IMG/VR virus record: IMGVR_UViG_3300029582_000014
Source: a virus
Direction: 5' to 3' (one strand)
Length of the DNA: 48,695 nt
Shown here in pieces: positions 17,918 through 26,657 of this stretch. The notes beneath the pieces were generated by a model, which was not told the origin of the DNA, ran no database searches, and was given only the letters and a program-made list of their open reading frames with translations. The stretch's first letter is position 1; each line of letters starts with the position of its first letter. Both the position numbers and the translations under genes were made by a program.

Positions 17918-18280
17918 TTACCCAAACCGCCGCTTGATGTATGCCACGAATTCCGGTGGAAGCAGACAGCCGTTTTCACCTTCTCCGCAACCCTTCTTTC
18001 CGTTCTCCCGGTCCACCGCCTGCCGCTCCCGTTCCTGCGGTCGCGGCGGCATTTCGAGGCGCACCAGTTTCCCGCTGTCGTCCAGTTCGTAAAGGAATTC
18101 TGTTTTCCCGCTCCGAACGTAATTCATACACACAATGTCGGTGATCGTGTGTTCCTCTTCTACAACTGCCGCCGGGTCAAGTCTGAACGCCTCTGCCTCT
18201 CCCGGCGTTGCCCTCCGTCTGCTCTTGATTTTGTCCCCGATCTCGAAAGGACACGTTGCGTTGAATGCTGTGAATTTCAT
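17918..18280 (-). CDS. Small hypothetical protein, paralogue of 17643..17882
   Basis: Internal ATG at 18280 is preceded by acggaggccgaataATG. The longer 230-aa reading has no RBS and an Arg/Gly-rich head. Confidence 0.65.
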   Translation of the reverse strand: MKFTAFNATCPFEIGDKIKSRRRATPGEAEAFRLDPAAVVEEEHTITDIVCMNYVRSGKTEFLYELDDSGKLVRLEMPPRPQERERQAVDRENGKKGCGEGENGCLLPPEFVAYIKRRFG

Positions 18281-18470
18281 TATTCGGCCTCCGTTCTTTA
18301 TAGTGCTTTTTGCAAGCGGGCGTTCTCTGCGAATAGGTCCACCGCCCCGGCTTAATCGCACACGTTCCCGCCGCCGACGGGTAATCCCCGTTTTTTCCTC
18401 GAACGAAATGTTCGCACCCTCCGCACGTCCCGCGGTCTGTTCTGATTTCGTGCGGATAGTTCCCGCGCAT
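18177..18470 (-). CDS. Possible Cys-rich small protein overlapping the next gene's start
   Basis: ORF begins MRGNYPHEIRTDRGTCGGCEHF..GTCAIK..ACKKHY and fills the 194-nt gap 18281-18474. Its last ~35 codons overlap the 17918..18280 gene in another frame. Confidence 0.4.
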   Translation of the reverse strand: MRGNYPHEIRTDRGTCGGCEHFVRGKNGDYPSAAGTCAIKPGRWTYSQRTPACKKHYKERRPNNEIHSIQRNVSFRDRGQNQEQTEGNAGRGRGVQT

Positions 18471-18474
18471 GGTG

Positions 18475-19137
18475 TCAGCCCTCTTCTTTCTCTCCGGGGA
18501 AGTCGATAATTTCCCCGGTGCTTTCGTCCACGTTGATTCTGCATTGCGTTTCGTCCACGGGGTTCGCCGCGGGGCGGGCCATCTTCTGAACTTCCAGCGC
18601 CCGGCGGCATTGCTGGGCCAGTTCTGAAAGCTGATACACGAACTTATCGTTGATGACGCTATAAGGCATGATGACCGCCGCGAGGAAAAACCCGGTCTTT
18701 GCTACGATGTACGGCGTTCCTTGCGGGGTTGCCCGCTCGTACAACTGGACCATTTCTATAACATCTTCCAGCGGTGAAAGGTATTTGTTCTGAATGAACG
18801 AAATCCCGTTTCTTGTCTGTAACGGCTTCAAAATCCCGCCGTCGTACACTACGGAAAGGCCGTCGTCCGAAAGGCGGCGTTCTGTCGGGTCCACGTCGTC
18901 AAGGTTGATTCCCTCCGGCGCTGGCCCGTGGCGGAATATGATTTTCTCTTGCTGTTTGGCCGAAATATCGAACATGGAATAAATATTTTCTTCGTCCATG
19001 TACGGAAGTCCGGTGATCGGGTAAATCGCGTACCCGTCGCCCAGCCATTGCGAAACCACGTCGTCCCGCTCCGCGCGGTCATAAAGACAGAACATCTTTG
19101 TTTTTCCGCACAAGGAAGCTACTTTCTTTAGCTTCAC
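18475..19137 (-). CDS. Hypothetical early protein
   Basis: 220-aa ORF whose start overlaps the upstream stop. No family recognised. Confidence 0.7.
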   Translation of the reverse strand: MKLKKVASLCGKTKMFCLYDRAERDDVVSQWLGDGYAIYPITGLPYMDEENIYSMFDISAKQQEKIIFRHGPAPEGINLDDVDPTERRLSDDGLSVVYDGGILKPLQTRNGISFIQNKYLSPLEDVIEMVQLYERATPQGTPYIVAKTGFFLAAVIMPYSVINDKFVYQLSELAQQCRRALEVQKMARPAANPVDETQCRINVDESTGEIIDFPGEKEEG

Positions 19138-19334
19138 GGGGTTTCACCGCCTTTCTTTTCGAGATATTCCCGCATGACCCGGACAGCCACGCGGCACGCC
19201 TCTTCCGTGGCCGCAAGCACCGCTTCCGAACCTCTGAACCCTCCGAAATATCGGTAGTCGAACAGGGCGGCGCGGCTTGTCTCCGGGTCAAGGATTGCGA
19301 TTGCCTCTTCAACCGTCATTCTCTGGTCGTTCAT
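19134..19334 (-). CDS. Small hypothetical protein
   Basis: ATG at 19334 after gaggcggcggga. 66 aa. Confidence 0.5.
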   Translation of the reverse strand: MNDQRMTVEEAIAILDPETSRAALFDYRYFGGFRGSEAVLAATEEACRVAVRVMREYLEKKGGETP

Positions 19335-19344
19335 TCCCGCCGCC

Positions 19345-19818
19345 TCACTTTCTGCGCCGCTTCCGGCGCTTCTTCTGTTCTGGTTCTCGCGGCTCCGGCG
19401 GGTTGGTCCATTCCGGCGGCACGATCTCTTCGCACAACACTTCCAGTTCTTCCACGTCCTCCGGTCGGAAGCATAGGACCCCGGCGGGGTCATAGGTCCC
19501 CGCGGCCCAGTCCGCCTTGAATTTTTCGAGGTCCTTTTTATATCGCGGGTATGGGTGGACCTGTTCGGAATAATAAATTCCCATCATCATTCTTTCGTCG
19601 TCCGCCGGGTCCCAGTTATGCAGGTGGTAGGAATCGTGGTTGTCATAGGCCCACATGGAAAGCAGAACAACCAGCCCGTCGAACGCTTCGTCCGCCCGCT
19701 GTATGTCCTCAAAATCCCGGTAAGTCATTCCTTGCCCGGTATACCTCTCCCGGATTTCCTGAATGGTCTTGCCTCCCGTATGGAGGCGGCACCGAACAAC
19801 TTTCGGTTGATAGTTCAT
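19345..19818 (-). CDS. Hypothetical protein with a basic C-terminal tail
   Basis: 157-aa ORF, ATGA-type coupling with the upstream gene. Confidence 0.7.
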   Translation of the reverse strand: MNYQPKVVRCRLHTGGKTIQEIRERYTGQGMTYRDFEDIQRADEAFDGLVVLLSMWAYDNHDSYHLHNWDPADDERMMMGIYYSEQVHPYPRYKKDLEKFKADWAAGTYDPAGVLCFRPEDVEELEVLCEEIVPPEWTNPPEPREPEQKKRRKRRRK

Positions 19819-20636
19819 GTATTTTCACCTTCGCTTTCCGGCCCATCGGTTAGAAATTCAATGGTCGCCGCTTTCATGGGGCGCGCCGGGCGGAAGATCG
19901 TCTTTGTCCCGAAATAGCAAATATTTTCGGCTCTGTTCCACTCCGCCGGGCCGTTATAAATCACGGTTCCGATGGATTGCCCGTTTTGCCGGACGCAGTA
20001 TGTCCCGTATTCGTCTATTTCCGAATAGGCCGTTGGAAGCAGTAGGAGAACGTCAAGCGGTATGTCTCCCAGCAAAATTTCCTTTTTCGCTGGTTCTATC
20101 GCAATTTCTCCGTTCCGGTCCATTTCCAGCAGGAACGCCCCGGCTTGCCTTGTCAGTTCTTGCGGCGGTGGGAAACTGCTTCCGGGCGTTTTGTGGTTCA
20201 GAAAGTTTAACGCCAGCTTATAGGTCGCCTTTTTGATTCTCCGCCTGCACGCCTCTTCTTCGTCCCAATTCCACCAACCCTGTTTCCCACGGGCCGGGAA
20301 CGGTTCGTCGAACATGACCGGGTTTTCAAGAACCCACGCGAACCGCCCCGGCGAATAGTCGCCCAAAAGCCGCTCCCGGTCATCCAGACTGTCCACAAGG
20401 TTTTCAACAGGTACGCAATCGACGATTTCCACGGTCCCGACCACCGCGCCGTAATGAAGTTCCATTGATTCCGGTAATACCGAATCAAGCGCAACGCTGA
20501 TATAGTCCGGCCCTCCGATTGCCGCATGGACCGCCACGCGGCCCCGAATGCTGGTCCGCCGCGGGCGGGTTTCGTAATGCTTCAACCCCGCCGCGATTGC
20601 GAACGCGTATGGTTGGTATACGGTAAAGGCTTTCAT
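19815..20636 (-). CDS. ASCH (PUA-like) domain protein
   Basis: The N-terminus MKAFTVYQPYAFAIAAGLKHYETRPRRTSIRGRVAVHAA matches the usual ASCH-domain start. Confidence 0.6.
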   Translation of the reverse strand: MKAFTVYQPYAFAIAAGLKHYETRPRRTSIRGRVAVHAAIGGPDYISVALDSVLPESMELHYGAVVGTVEIVDCVPVENLVDSLDDRERLLGDYSPGRFAWVLENPVMFDEPFPARGKQGWWNWDEEEACRRRIKKATYKLALNFLNHKTPGSSFPPPQELTRQAGAFLLEMDRNGEIAIEPAKKEILLGDIPLDVLLLLPTAYSEIDEYGTYCVRQNGQSIGTVIYNGPAEWNRAENICYFGTKTIFRPARPMKAATIEFLTDGPESEGENT

Positions 20637-20884
20637 TCTGCGTCCTCCTTGAATCCCGACAGCGTTTTGAACCGCTCCGCCTCCTTGAACGCGGCTTCAA
20701 TGTCCCGGTTTCCCGCTCCTTCGACTTCCACGCGCACGATGTCGCCCGCGCGGTGTACGGTGATTTTCCGGGGTTGCCGAATGGCCTTGATAATCCCGGC
20801 CACAGCTTCGCCCGCCGCGGCAACCAGAACCACGGCCCCCAGCCAAACCCAAAAGGACGAAAAGATAAACCGCAAAACCTCCAT
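20633..20884 (-). CDS. Small membrane protein
   Basis: 83 aa with one N-terminal hydrophobic helix (FIFSSFWVWLGAVVLVAAAG). Confidence 0.6.
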   Translation of the reverse strand: MEVLRFIFSSFWVWLGAVVLVAAAGEAVAGIIKAIRQPRKITVHRAGDIVRVEVEGAGNRDIEAAFKEAERFKTLSGFKEDAE

Positions 20885-20886
20885 TG

Positions 20887-21114
20887 CTATTTCCTCCGTT
20901 CCAGCCTGTCGGCTATGTTCAAAATTCCGGTCATTGCTTCACGAATGTTCGTGTCGGTGTTCGCCGTGATCGACAGTACCCGCGCAATGTCCCGCAGTTC
21001 CTCCGCCGCGGCCACGGCCTCCGCCGCCGCGCCGGATTCCTTCATGCACTCCGGGCAAAGTAGCAAGCCCTCTGCGGTCGGCTCTCCGCACCGCTCACAC
21101 TTTCGGAGTTTCAC
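20887..21114 (-). CDS. Small zinc-ribbon protein
   Basis: GTG at 21114 after aagggggg. Sequence reads KCERCGEP...CPEC. Confidence 0.5.
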   Translation of the reverse strand: MKLRKCERCGEPTAEGLLLCPECMKESGAAAEAVAAAEELRDIARVLSITANTDTNIREAMTGILNIADRLERRK

Positions 21115-21128
21115 CGCCTGCACCCCCC

Positions 21129-21425
21129 TTACACGGGGTAGCCGAAAACAAAGAATGTCCCGGTCAATATCGCGCCCAGCAAGAACCCCAGCCACGCGAT
21201 CATAAGCACCGCAAGGACGTTTTCGGCCCATCCCGCTACACGCAAGGCCCATCTTGCCGCCGCCAGCGGCCCGCGGCGGCGCTGTGCGGCCCGTTTTGCT
21301 TCCGGGTTATCCCGGTTCATGTCGTATGTATTCGCCTTTTCAGCCGCCGCCAGTTTCGGCGTGAAGTGCTTCCGCACCGTGAAGATCACCCAAAAGGCAA
21401 GGACGATCACGCTTCCCGCTGTCAT
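21129..21425 (-). CDS. Small membrane protein (2 TM)
   Basis: ATG at 21425 after gggaggaagtgca. Hydrophobic N- and C-terminal helices. Confidence 0.55.
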   Translation of the reverse strand: MTAGSVIVLAFWVIFTVRKHFTPKLAAAEKANTYDMNRDNPEAKRAAQRRRGPLAAARWALRVAGWAENVLAVLMIAWLGFLLGAILTGTFFVFGYPV

Positions 21426-21537
21426 TGCACTTCCTCCCGTTCTCTGGCCCATGTGCATTCCGCGCAATCTTCCAATTCTCCCGTGTCCAGCGGGCAAGGC
21501 TCCATTTCGGCCCACTCCGGCTTCCCGCAATCATATT

Positions 21538-21723
21538 TCATCGGTCGTTCTCCTTTCCTCCGGTATGCCCGCGCAAAGCAAGCATTTTTTCACGAACCAG
21601 TTTGTCAACCACTCTTCCCGGCGTTTTTAACCCGCTCATGGTAACAAGGCGGTCAAGGTTGTATGCTGTCTGCGGCGTGACGCGGACCGTCACTTTCTGC
21701 CGGTGCTGTTTCCCTTTTTTCAT
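21538..21723 (-). CDS. Ribbon-helix-helix (CopG/Arc-like) small protein
   Basis: ATG at 21723 after ggagggaaaccggaa. Sequence reads KVTVRVTPQTAYNLDRLVTMSG. Confidence 0.5.
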   Translation of the reverse strand: MKKGKQHRQKVTVRVTPQTAYNLDRLVTMSGLKTPGRVVDKLVREKMLALRGHTGGKENDR

Positions 21724-22300
21724 TTCCGGTTTCCCTCCATTTCTCCATATTGCAGTCCGCCCCGCGAATCCACCGCCCTTCGATCTGGTGGGTGTAGTCC
21801 AGAAACAGGACCGCACCATTGAACCGGATTCGGAATGATTCAAGGTCCGCCGCGGTTACGTACTTTCTTCCGAAACATTGCTTCATGTCCCGCCAAATGA
21901 ACCACGGAACGAAAAAGAAGTCGTTTCCGATTCCGGCGCACACAGCGGCAAGCGCGCCCCGCCGGGAATGGTGTTCCAGCGCGTCTTGCTGGGGCTTTGT
22001 TAAAACTTCCTGTTTCATGCGCTCCCCGGTGGTGTACTTCGCTTCAAATACGATAGACCGCCCACCGTCCAGCGTCCCTTGAAAGTCCGGTTGCGCTCTG
22101 GCCGTGAACCGTCCCTTGAAAATCCCGTCCCGGCTCTTTTCAAGGACCCGGAACGGCTCCGGGGTCTTGTCCACATCCGCCCGGCCCCGCTCCGAATACA
22201 AGGCGCACGCGGCTTTTATGGCCCGCTCGAAAAACTGCCCCTGCGCGTTGTTTGCCTTGTTCCGGTATTGCTGGGCGGCGCGCCTCTGGTCAATCTGCAT
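21653..22300 (-). CDS. recU: RecU-like Holliday junction resolvase
   Basis: The motif PDFQGTLDGGRSIVFEAKYT is typical of the RecU catalytic core. 215 aa. The C-terminal tail overlaps the next gene. Confidence 0.6.
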   Translation of the reverse strand: MQIDQRRAAQQYRNKANNAQGQFFERAIKAACALYSERGRADVDKTPEPFRVLEKSRDGIFKGRFTARAQPDFQGTLDGGRSIVFEAKYTTGERMKQEVLTKPQQDALEHHSRRGALAAVCAGIGNDFFFVPWFIWRDMKQCFGRKYVTAADLESFRIRFNGAVLFLDYTHQIEGRWIRGADCNMEKWRETGNEKRETAPAESDGPRHAADSIQP

Positions 22301-22303
22301 GGG

Positions 22304-22471
22304 TTATCCCTCCAATTCCTCCCGCTCCCGCTGGTCGTGGTCTGGACAGGGGAACGGCTCTGTCCGGTAGCACTCTTCGCAACATTCGTCGCACACAGTT
22401 TCCCCGCGTCGGCGGTGGTATTCGCAAGGCCGGACCCGCTCGACAGGTTTTCCGCATATTGCGCAATTCAC
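22304..22471 (-). CDS. Cys-rich 55-aa protein (not in the ORF track)
   Basis: Hand-translated: VNCAICGKPVERVRPCEYHRRRGETVCDECCEECYRTEPFPCPDHDQREREELEG. The GTG overlaps the upstream TGA. It fills an otherwise empty gap. Confidence 0.45.
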   Translation of the reverse strand: MNCAICGKPVERVRPCEYHRRRGETVCDECCEECYRTEPFPCPDHDQREREELEG

Positions 22472-23019
22472 CGTTCCACCCCGCTTTCCAGCGCGGCCCG
22501 CCGGGAATGGTGTTCCATTCCCATCATCAGGGCTTCAAGTTTCAGGGCTTCTTCCCGGCTGATTTCCCGCGGCGGCGGCAATTCGTCCCGTTCTTTTCCC
22601 TCCGGTGGGAAAATCCCGTTTTTTATCAGGAATGCAGAAAAGAACCTGTCCATTTCCTCTTCCAGCGCCTCGCGGAAAAAATCATAGTCGAATTGAATTT
22701 CCAGCCGTTCCGCCGCGGTGCATTCAATCCCGACTTGCTTTCGCTTTCGCCCCGTGTATTTCCCTACGCAACCATAAGCCGCGCGCCCGGTCACGGAATA
22801 GATCACCTGCGAAAGCAATTTCCGTTCAATGGGTGTTGTATACCTGAACCACGCCATTTCCCGGCGTTCTTCTTCCAGTTCCGCTTCCGTGATTCCGTAC
22901 TGCTTCATCAGGCGGTCAAGGGTTGCCGCGGCGGATTCCTGTTCCCCAGCAACGCCCCGTTCGGCCAATGCCTGAACGCGCCGGATTTTCTGCAAAATCC
23001 GCTCCCGCTCCGCCGTCAT
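22468..23019 (-). CDS. Hypothetical protein (DUF2786-like N-terminus)
   Basis: 183 aa. The N-terminus ILQKIRRVQALAERGVAGEQESAAATLDRLMKQYGI resembles DUF2786 (recalled from memory). Confidence 0.6.
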   Translation of the reverse strand: MTAERERILQKIRRVQALAERGVAGEQESAAATLDRLMKQYGITEAELEEERREMAWFRYTTPIERKLLSQVIYSVTGRAAYGCVGKYTGRKRKQVGIECTAAERLEIQFDYDFFREALEEEMDRFFSAFLIKNGIFPPEGKERDELPPPREISREEALKLEALMMGMEHHSRRAALESGVER

Positions 23020-23549
23020 CCCCGCTCCCTCTCTTTCTCTGCTTCTGTTGCCATCATGTCGGCGGTATGCAGGGCCAGCACAAGCGGGGTCCGCTCCATT
23101 GCCGCCGAAAGGGAATAGCTTCCGCCGCGGGCCGCGTCGTCATACGCTCCCATGTGCCAGCGAATCGCAAGGGCTTCCGGCTCTGCCAGCTTCATAAACT
23201 GCTGAATCAGGAAAACAGATTTTTCCCCGTGGCCGAAAGGGAAGTGGTCTTTCACGGTGTAGCTTCCGTCCGCCTGCTGGTGGTAGAAGTCCACCTTGCA
23301 GAGATCGTGAAGCAGGGCGCATATTGCGCGGGTTTCCATCGTGTAGTCCTTCACATACGGTCCGTCAATCAGGGCGAAATAAACGTTCAAACTGTGATCG
23401 ACAAGCCCGCCGGGGTAGGCTCCGTGAAATCTGGTGCTTGCCGGGGCGGTGAAAAAGTCGGTGCTTTCCAGCCACGCCAGCAGTTCCGGCGCGCCCGTCC
23501 GGGTAATCTGTGTTTGGTAAATATCTTTGAACCGCTCTTCGTTTGTCAT
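23016..23549 (-). CDS. HD-domain phosphohydrolase
   Basis: Contains FHGAYPGGLVDHSLNV ... ALLHDLCK ... GHGEKS. Confidence 0.75.
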   Translation of the reverse strand: MTNEERFKDIYQTQITRTGAPELLAWLESTDFFTAPASTRFHGAYPGGLVDHSLNVYFALIDGPYVKDYTMETRAICALLHDLCKVDFYHQQADGSYTVKDHFPFGHGEKSVFLIQQFMKLAEPEALAIRWHMGAYDDAARGGSYSLSAAMERTPLVLALHTADMMATEAEKERERG

Positions 23550-24472
23550 GTGTGCAACCTCCGTTCCTTGTGCCGCTCCAAGTATTCGCCCCAGCTTTCT
23601 TTCAGGTATGACCGCCCGTAAATAAACCGCTGGGCGAATTCCTTTTGAAGCGCGTTTGGTATGATTCCTTTCCGCTCGTTCCGCTCCGGCTGTGCGTATA
23701 TGCTGATACCCTTTAGGCGTTTCAGCCGCTCTACCCGGTAGGCCGCGTTCTCCACGTCCTCCGTGACAAGCAGGTAAATAAACAGGTGATACGGCTTCTT
23801 CCCGTGGTTCCCCAGCAGTTCCGCCGCCCGCTCGATTGCCTCAATCTGCGGTATCTGGTCGCACGAAAAGCGAATGAACCGAATCCACGTCAGCCGCGCC
23901 AGTATTCCCGCTATGCGGTCATCGACCAACCGCGCGTCCATGCCTTGATTTAGGTCTATCGCGTACCCGCTCCCGATCATGCTTTCAAGCTGGGAAATTC
24001 CGTATTCGGAAGCAAGAATGTTGTTGTCCATCAGGACAAGTTTGTTCGCGTCCGGGCGCACAACCTGTTTCCATTCCCTGTACGGCTTTATTCCGCCCTC
24101 TTTTTCCGGGACCACGCACCACGGGCAACGATTCGGGCAACCGCGGGTCAAATATCCTATTGCATAGTCGCATTCCGGGTAAATGCTGTAATCGGGAAAG
24201 GCCGCGTCGATCTCCGGCGGTAACTGCTGGTTTATCGGTATGTCGTCATATCCGGTCCCGCCGCGTATTGTGTCCGGCGGCAAATACAGGTTTTCCGGTG
24301 TGAAGTCAAATACTTTGCTTGAATACACCCGGTCATACTGGCACATAGGGGACCACCATTCGACGGAATCCCCGCGGGCTTTGTGGTAGGCCGAAATCTT
24401 CATCAAGGCATAGTTCGGAAAGGTCTTGTGCCTCATGTACTCCTGTTCCGCGTCGTGAAGTCCTATCCGCAT
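23546..24472 (-). CDS. Radical SAM enzyme
   Basis: CX3CX2C cluster motif in GYLTRGCPNRCPWCVVPE. ATG at 24472. Confidence 0.7.
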   Translation of the reverse strand: MRIGLHDAEQEYMRHKTFPNYALMKISAYHKARGDSVEWWSPMCQYDRVYSSKVFDFTPENLYLPPDTIRGGTGYDDIPINQQLPPEIDAAFPDYSIYPECDYAIGYLTRGCPNRCPWCVVPEKEGGIKPYREWKQVVRPDANKLVLMDNNILASEYGISQLESMIGSGYAIDLNQGMDARLVDDRIAGILARLTWIRFIRFSCDQIPQIEAIERAAELLGNHGKKPYHLFIYLLVTEDVENAAYRVERLKRLKGISIYAQPERNERKGIIPNALQKEFAQRFIYGRSYLKESWGEYLERHKERRLHT

Positions 24473-24485
24473 AGCACACCCCGCT

Positions 24486-24866
24486 TCACAACTCCACAAT
24501 TCCGCCGATATTGTCCACGTCGGCCCGCGTGACGCTCCGGCGCTTCAATATTCCGGCGATCACGTCCCCGTAACGCTCCCAGCGTGCGGACACAAGGGCG
24601 AAATACCGCAATTCCGGGTTTGCCCGCGCCCGGTTCTGCAAGCATTGCATAACGTGGTCGTCAATCTCCATTTTCAGGGGATAGACGGCGATCTTTCCCG
24701 TTTCCTTGTCCACCTCCCGGCAAACCACCATTAGGCGCATTCTCTGTAATGGCTTTTCCGGCTCCGCCGCCGGGCGCGGGTCCCGCTCCTTATGCGCGCA
24801 ATCGCAAGGTTCACCCGCGTCCAAATGCGCCCCGCAATTTGGGCATTCCCGGTAAGGTGTTCCCAT
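24486..24866 (-). CDS. Hypothetical protein with an N-terminal zinc ribbon
   Basis: 126 aa. Sequence reads CPNCGAHLDAGEPCDC. Confidence 0.65.
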   Translation of the reverse strand: MGTPYRECPNCGAHLDAGEPCDCAHKERDPRPAAEPEKPLQRMRLMVVCREVDKETGKIAVYPLKMEIDDHVMQCLQNRARANPELRYFALVSARWERYGDVIAGILKRRSVTRADVDNIGGIVEL

Positions 24867-24881
24867 GTTGACCGCCCCTTT

Positions 24882-25639
24882 CTACATGAAATCAAAAAAG
24901 CTGATCTGGTTTTCTTCTAACTCGAAATTTCTTTCAATGTCCTGTAGGCCCTCGACAACCCGAAATTTTCCCGGCCTCACGGTTTCCGGGTCCGTTTGAA
25001 TTTTCATCATTTCTTCCCACAAATCCGGGTGGTGCTTCCGTAAATGCCGCAACTCTTCGTCCCGCGCATTCGGGCAGAAGAAACACCCCCCCGCTTTGTG
25101 AATTCGTAGATCGGGGACAACAGGCCCCGTTCTTTGCAAAGGTTCCGCGCCATTTCCTGCGTGTAGCCATACTTGACAAGCAGATAGCAACCCTCCGCCA
25201 GTTTTTCTTCCTTGATTCGGTTTTGTTCATCAACGCAAATTCCTTCATAGTAAACTGCTCCGGGGTGTTCTTTTCGGAATTTGTTCAGCGGGGGCAATTT
25301 GCAATCCCGTTTTATACTGCACCAGCCCTTCTTCCCCGAAAGCGGAAAGCCGTGTTTTTTCCCGGTCCGCGGCCCTTTTGTTACCCGCGATTCCATCCAT
25401 TCGCGGGCGGTCTTTTCAGCCCGCAACACGATTGTTTTTACTCCGCGTTGCTCAAAATACGGAATCGCGGTGTTGTATATGAAATCCCGATGTTCTGGAA
25501 CTTCCGCCGATCTTTCTTTGTCAAACATGATTTCGCAATAGACAAGGGCCGAAAGAGGTTCACCCTTTTCGATTGCAAGAATCGCCGTTGCTGTGCTGTC
25601 TGCCCCGAACGAACAGGACACGAAATATTCCTTTTTCAT
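24882..25639 (-). pseudogene. PAPS-reductase / PP-loop ATPase-like gene split by a frameshift in a G7 run
   Basis: ORF 25007..25639 starts with the PP-loop-like motif VSCSFGADST. After the G7 tract (plus-strand C7 at 25086..25092) the conserved ..GGCFFCPNARDEEL.. C-terminus continues in ORF 24882..25190. One extra G would restore a single ~253-aa frame. Confidence 0.75.
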
Positions 25640-25648
25640 TTCCTGTCC

Positions 25649-26470
25649 CTATTCCTTCTTGCGCAATTTCAGATAAATTGACCATCCCGTGAAGTCGTTG
25701 TATTCATACTGAACCCCGTAATCTTCGTCGGTTGGGGTCCATCCTGGGTACTTCTTTTCCCAAAACTCCCGGCCCGGACGCTCCCGCGCCCATTTTTCGA
25801 CCTGTCGGTGGTTGTACTTCCCGTCGTTGGTCCTGCTGTATGGCCGTTCGAGGTTGTGCGAGGAAGTCCACCGCTTCTTCCCGCCGCTCTGCTTCACAAG
25901 GTAGGTACAGAGGGCCGCAATCCCGTTTTCGTCCGATTGCAGGCGGTCAGCATTGCAAAACCCGATTCGGTCGCCCTTCTTCTGTCCCTTTCGCTTCCGC
26001 TTCCTCCACAACTCTTCCACCGCGTCGCGGTCCAGTCCGCCCGACATGATTATGTGGTGGTGAATTCGGACGGGCTTTTCACTGTTCCGCTTTGTGGTGT
26101 AGGCGGTGACAAGCATATATTTCAGGGGCGGCAAACCTTCCTTCTGCCTGCGGTATTGGACCCGGCGGAGGTAGTTTGTGACCTCCCGTTCCGCTTCCTC
26201 CACCGTGGCCGGAAGGTATTTCCCGCTGTATGTAGCCGTCACGTGCAACGCCTCCGGGTCACTCCCGAAATTCAGGTTTGCCGTCTGTATGAAGTAGCGC
26301 CGGGCGTTTTTGTCATTCAGGTTCTTTTGCTTCGGCTCCGATTCCCGGACCTTCTTTGACCGCTTCCCGCGGCCCGATGATAGCTTTTGCGTGTCCGTGT
26401 AGGAAAAAATATCGACTTCCCTATACCGATCACCGCAATAGATTTTCTTTTCTCGAATAAAGCAACGCAC
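25649..26470 (-). CDS. HUH rolling-circle replication initiator (Rep)
   Basis: GTG start. HUH motif in PVRIHHHIIM and a Tyr motif in ALCTYLVKQ. 273 aa. Confidence 0.65.
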   Translation of the reverse strand: MRCFIREKKIYCGDRYREVDIFSYTDTQKLSSGRGKRSKKVRESEPKQKNLNDKNARRYFIQTANLNFGSDPEALHVTATYSGKYLPATVEEAEREVTNYLRRVQYRRQKEGLPPLKYMLVTAYTTKRNSEKPVRIHHHIIMSGGLDRDAVEELWRKRKRKGQKKGDRIGFCNADRLQSDENGIAALCTYLVKQSGGKKRWTSSHNLERPYSRTNDGKYNHRQVEKWARERPGREFWEKKYPGWTPTDEDYGVQYEYNDFTGWSIYLKLRKKE

Positions 26471-26547
26471 TTTTGCTTCACCTTCTTTCTATGGGACAGT
26501 GAAGCGGGCGTGTTGTGCTTTTCCGGCCTATGCCGTAGTCGATAGGT

Positions 26548-26600
26548 GCAAAGGGGGAAGAGGGTTCCTATCCTGCGCCCCCTCCCTCTTCCCCCTTTGC
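26548..26600. repeat. Perfect 17-bp inverted repeat (gcaaagggggaagaggg / ccctcttccccctttgc) with a 19-nt loop
   Basis: Read directly. It lies about 80 nt upstream of the Rep start. Confidence 0.9.
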
Positions 26601-26607
26601 AATCCCC

Positions 26608-26657
26608 CTTCACCCTCGGCGGCGCAAAGAGAGAGAAAGAGGGAAGAGAGGGTGGAG
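26608..26657. repeat. Second inverted repeat (cttcaccctc / gagggtggag) around a 30-nt purine-rich loop
   Basis: 10-bp stem with one G-U pair. The loop is ggcggcgcaaagagagagaaagagggaaga. Confidence 0.7.

Noticed and set aside
17918-18610. 230-aa version of the minus-strand ORF
   Set aside because: The first 110 codons are Arg/Gly-rich, lack an RBS and overlap the preceding gene. The internal ATG at 18280 has a GGAGG RBS, and the paralogue similarity begins exactly there.
26548-26657. Purine/pyrimidine-rich inverted repeats as a CRISPR array or tRNA-like element
   Set aside because: There are only two different hairpins, with no repeat-spacer periodicity and no cloverleaf. Their position upstream of rep favours an origin or regulatory role.
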